Sequence record: SRR22947725_171
DNA length: 20,000 bases
Strand: one strand, 5' to 3'
The notes beneath the pieces were generated by a model that saw nothing but the letters and a program-made list of their open reading frames with translations, was not told where the DNA came from and did not search any database. The stretch's first letter is position 1. Every line of letters begins with the position of its first letter. Position numbers and translations under genes: made by a program. This document shows, one piece after another, positions 17,099-20,000 of the stretch.

Positions 17099-17680
17099 CT
17101 AATTAAGCAAACTACCGATTTGCTTTTTAACTTCCTCTTTGGTCGTATTTGAATTCAAACCCATTCCAATTTTTACCTTTACTTCGCGACGAAGCCTAAA
17201 CTTCATTCTCTTTTTAACTGACCTGGGTGCTTTTGAAAAAAAACTCCCCCACATATTTTTGATAGCGAAAGGAACAATGATGACAGTTTCTTTTGATTGA
17301 GATAAAACTTTTTCAAAGCCTCTTTTTAAGTCACTTAACTCTCCACTAGTTGAAACATGCCCCTCAGGAAATAAACAAACAACACAGTCATCGTTTAATA
17401 AATTTATAATGTTTTGCATGGCATTTCTACTATTCTCAGGTCTTATTGAGACTGCTCCAACTCCTCTAAGAATCCAATTAAAGATTGGCTTACTGTAATA
17501 ATCATCATGCACTATAAATCTTATTGTCCTTGGTGTGGCCCACTGAATTAATGCAAAATCAATATAACTAATGTGATTACCTAGAAGCAATACAGGCCCA
17601 TCTTTAGGAATGTTATCTATGCCGCTCACCTTTAATCGATAACGCCATCCAAACAATAGGAGGCCAGCCAGTTGACGCAT
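17099..17680 (-). CDS. PlsC-family (lyso)phospholipid acyltransferase, Aas-like acyltransferase domain
   Basis: HX4D motif NHISYID, block III LFPEG, and WGSFFS typical of Aas-type domains. Confidence 0.9.
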   Translation of the reverse strand: MRQLAGLLLFGWRYRLKVSGIDNIPKDGPVLLLGNHISYIDFALIQWATPRTIRFIVHDDYYSKPIFNWILRGVGAVSIRPENSRNAMQNIINLLNDDCVVCLFPEGHVSTSGELSDLKRGFEKVLSQSKETVIIVPFAIKNMWGSFFSKAPRSVKKRMKFRLRREVKVKIGMGLNSNTTKEEVKKQIGSLLN

Positions 17681-17682
17681 AG

Positions 17683-18981
17683 CTAGAGGATAGCTTTGAG
17701 TTTTTTCAGAACAATGCTAAAACCTGCGACCGCAATGAATGCATTAAAGTAGAGAATAAATTCACTACCAAAACTAAGGTTAGCTAGAATAACTGTAAAA
17801 ATTAAAAGACTGATCATAGCTATATTTTGAAGCCAGTTCTTGCCTGCAAGCATACTGCCTAAACCATCCTCAGGCGAGTGGGCTTGCATCAAAGCATTAA
17901 GTGGAACGATCATCATTCCTGCACCAACGCCAAATAATAGTATGACCGAGGTCACTAAAATAAGTGCGGTCGAGTTGGGAATAAATGTAAGGCTAGAAAT
18001 GACAGGGACCAAAATTGCACAAACTGTAATCAGAATCGAACCTGTATATATATTATTAATACGAATAAAATTCAAACTCTTTCTTCCAGAAAGGAATGCA
18101 CCAATCATTATTCCAATGACTGAAGATGCCAACATTGCATTTACAACTAGTGGGCTTTCGACACCAAAATTGACTTTTGCATGAGCAGGAATAACGGCAA
18201 CTAAATTTTGGGACATTCCCCAAAATATTGCTGTACCCAGAATAGAATACCAAACAATTTCATTGGACCTCATTGCTTTAAAGTTTGATGCTAAATATTT
18301 AAAAGAAATCAGCTTAGGGATTGAAAACTGGGCACTGATTAACTTAGTTGGATAAAAACGAGTCCCAAGGGTAGCCAAAAATTCTACCGTTGATAGACCA
18401 ACTAAAACCCAACCAACAGGAGCAATTTTCATCAATATCTCCTCAGGACTAGAAGCTTGCATAGTCCCAAGAAATGCTTCAAATAAATAGGAGAAGAAAA
18501 CGGTTCCTAATAGAATAGCAATCAACACAACAGAAGAGTGTAAAGCGTTCCCTCTACTTAAGCCAGCCTTACTCAGACACTCTTTAATATAACCCATTTT
18601 TGCAGGAGAATATATAGCGCTTTGCGTAGCAAGAAGTAGAGTGAAACCAAATGCAGTTTTATATAAACCATTGTAATAACAGTATGTAATGCCCAAGGTA
18701 ATTATGACAGCTGAAAAGGCGCTAAAACGCATTACACTTGTCTTGGCGAATTTATCAGAAAGATGGCCTGACAAAGTAAAGAGAAGAATAAAAGGAACTA
18801 GAATCATGGCATTAACGATGGCAGTCAAAATAATTTGCTGCTGCTCACCATAAATCATAAAGATGGTATTCTGAATGATTATTTTGTGACCTAAATCTAC
18901 AAATGCATTAAGAAAAACAGCAACTAGATAGATCGAAAATATGACTGATCGTTCTCTACTAATTTGTTGACTCTCTTCCAT
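17683..18981 (-). CDS. MFS transporter, lysophospholipid transporter LplT-like
   Basis: About 12 hydrophobic segments; motifs FLNAFVDLGHK, GHLSDKFAK, QSAIYSPAKMG and VPLNALMQ; adjacent to the PlsC domain. Confidence 0.87.
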   Translation of the reverse strand: MEESQQISRERSVIFSIYLVAVFLNAFVDLGHKIIIQNTIFMIYGEQQQIILTAIVNAMILVPFILLFTLSGHLSDKFAKTSVMRFSAFSAVIITLGITYCYYNGLYKTAFGFTLLLATQSAIYSPAKMGYIKECLSKAGLSRGNALHSSVVLIAILLGTVFFSYLFEAFLGTMQASSPEEILMKIAPVGWVLVGLSTVEFLATLGTRFYPTKLISAQFSIPKLISFKYLASNFKAMRSNEIVWYSILGTAIFWGMSQNLVAVIPAHAKVNFGVESPLVVNAMLASSVIGIMIGAFLSGRKSLNFIRINNIYTGSILITVCAILVPVISSLTFIPNSTALILVTSVILLFGVGAGMMIVPLNALMQAHSPEDGLGSMLAGKNWLQNIAMISLLIFTVILANLSFGSEFILYFNAFIAVAGFSIVLKKLKAIL

Positions 18982-19057
18982 AACTCCCCCATCACTACCT
19001 TTAAAGTAAACAGTATAAGAGAATTAGAGATTCGTTATTAGTAAATATTAAATTTGT

Positions 19058-20000
19058 CTAAAATTCAATGCCTTCAACTTCAGCAATGGTTTGCATATCC
19101 TTATCACCTCTTCCTGAGAGGTTAATGATAATAGATTTGTCACTAGACCACTCTTTGGCGAGTTTTACAGCATATGCAATTGCATGTGATGGCTCAAGAG
19201 CAGGAATAATACCTTCCACCTCAGTCAATAAATGAAATGCTTCTAATGCCTCTTTATCAGTAATAGCAACATACTCTGCTCTTCCAATATCTTTAAGGTA
19301 GGCATGCTCAGGACCAACTCCTGGATAATCAAGACCCGCTGAAATTGAGTGTCCCTCAATAATTTGACCATCATCATTTTCCATCAAGTATGTTCTGTTT
19401 CCATGCAAAACACCTACGCTTCCTGCAGTCAATGGAGCCGCATGTGCATCAGGTCCTAAGTCAATTCCACGACCGCCAGCCTCAACGCCGATAATTTTCA
19501 CTGAGGTATCCTCAATAAATGGATAGAACAGGCCTATTGCATTTGAACCACCGCCAACACAGGCAATAACAGCATCTGGGAGACCGCCAACCTGATCATC
19601 AAATTGCTCTTTAGCTTCTTTACCAATGACGCTCTGAAAGTCCCTTACTAACATAGGATAGGGGTGTGGTCCAGCTACCGTTCCAATAATATAGTAAGTA
19701 TCATCAATGTTAGTTACCCAGTCTCGCATTGCCTCATTCAAAGCATCTTTAAGAGTCTTTGAACCTGAGGATACAGGAACGACAGTCGCACCAAGGAGCT
19801 TCATACGATATACATTCTGGACTTGTCTAACAACATCAACTTCGCCCATATATACAACACACTCAAGACCCAGTCTGGCTGCAATAGTTGCCGAAGCTAC
19901 GCCATGCTGACCTGCACCTGTCTCAGCAATAATTCTAGTTTTACCCATGCGCTTAGCAAGAAGCGCTTGTCCAATTGTATTATTAATTTTATGTGCACCA
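19058..20000 (-). CDS. trpB: Tryptophan synthase beta subunit (5' end outside the window)
   Basis: The frame continues past 19948 as [18 protein letters not shown], which includes the PLP lysine. Also [32 protein letters not shown] and NLSGRGDKD. Confidence 0.98.
   Translation of the reverse strand, partial: GAHKINNTIGQALLAKRMGKTRIIAETGAGQHGVASATIAARLGLECVVYMGEVDVVRQVQNVYRMKLLGATVVPVSSGSKTLKDALNEAMRDWVTNIDDTYYIIGTVAGPHPYPMLVRDFQSVIGKEAKEQFDDQVGGLPDAVIACVGGGSNAIGLFYPFIEDTSVKIIGVEAGGRGIDLGPDAHAAPLTAGSVGVLHGNRTYLMENDDGQIIEGHSISAGLDYPGVGPEHAYLKDIGRAEYVAITDKEALEAFHLLTEVEGIIPALEPSHAIAYAVKLAKEWSSDKSIIINLSGRGDKDMQTIAEVEGIEF

Noticed and set aside
283-19910. Short alternative ORFs of 61-119 aa in the ORF track (for example 3393-3665, 8464-8769, 12450-12809, 16656-16991, 17840-18184)
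   Set aside because: All overlap well-supported longer genes in another frame or strand and show no recognisable motifs, so they are shadow ORFs.
1-20000. tRNA, rRNA, riboswitch, CRISPR array, IS or integrase
   Set aside because: None recognised. The largest intergenic gaps are 194 and 131 nt, very AT-rich, and show no repeats or structured-RNA signatures by eye.

Overview
A gene-dense, AT-rich bacterial window with very short intergenic gaps, resembling a streamlined marine proteobacterium (SUP05/Thioglobus-like is a guess, not shown by the sequence). Left to right: (1) the C-terminal part of a GT41 O-GlcNAc transferase-like gene; (2) a tightly coupled 12-gene minus-strand operon (965-12197) encoding a lone MalK-type ABC ATPase, four SnoaL/NTF2-like proteins, a HisD/HpsN-like dehydrogenase, an SDR, an embedded LacI regulator, a bicupin, a stand-alone MetE-like Zn-thiol alkyltransferase, an alpha/beta hydrolase and an RraA-family aldolase; (3) a divergent carnitine catabolism pair (BKACE plus carnitine dehydrogenase-thioesterase fusion) converging on a non-pyrrolysine MttB-family methyltransferase; (4) an atypical SDR, a split LplT/PlsC pair and the 3' part of trpB. 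The 12-gene operon is the best candidate for an undescribed system. It has a perfect extended -10 promoter and two near-identical LacI-type operators, and I cannot match it to a characterised pathway. Its enzyme set fits a speculative route for degrading the mycosporine-like amino acid/gadusol core to 4-carboxy-4-hydroxy-2-oxoadipate. No RNA genes, CRISPR arrays or mobile elements were recognised.
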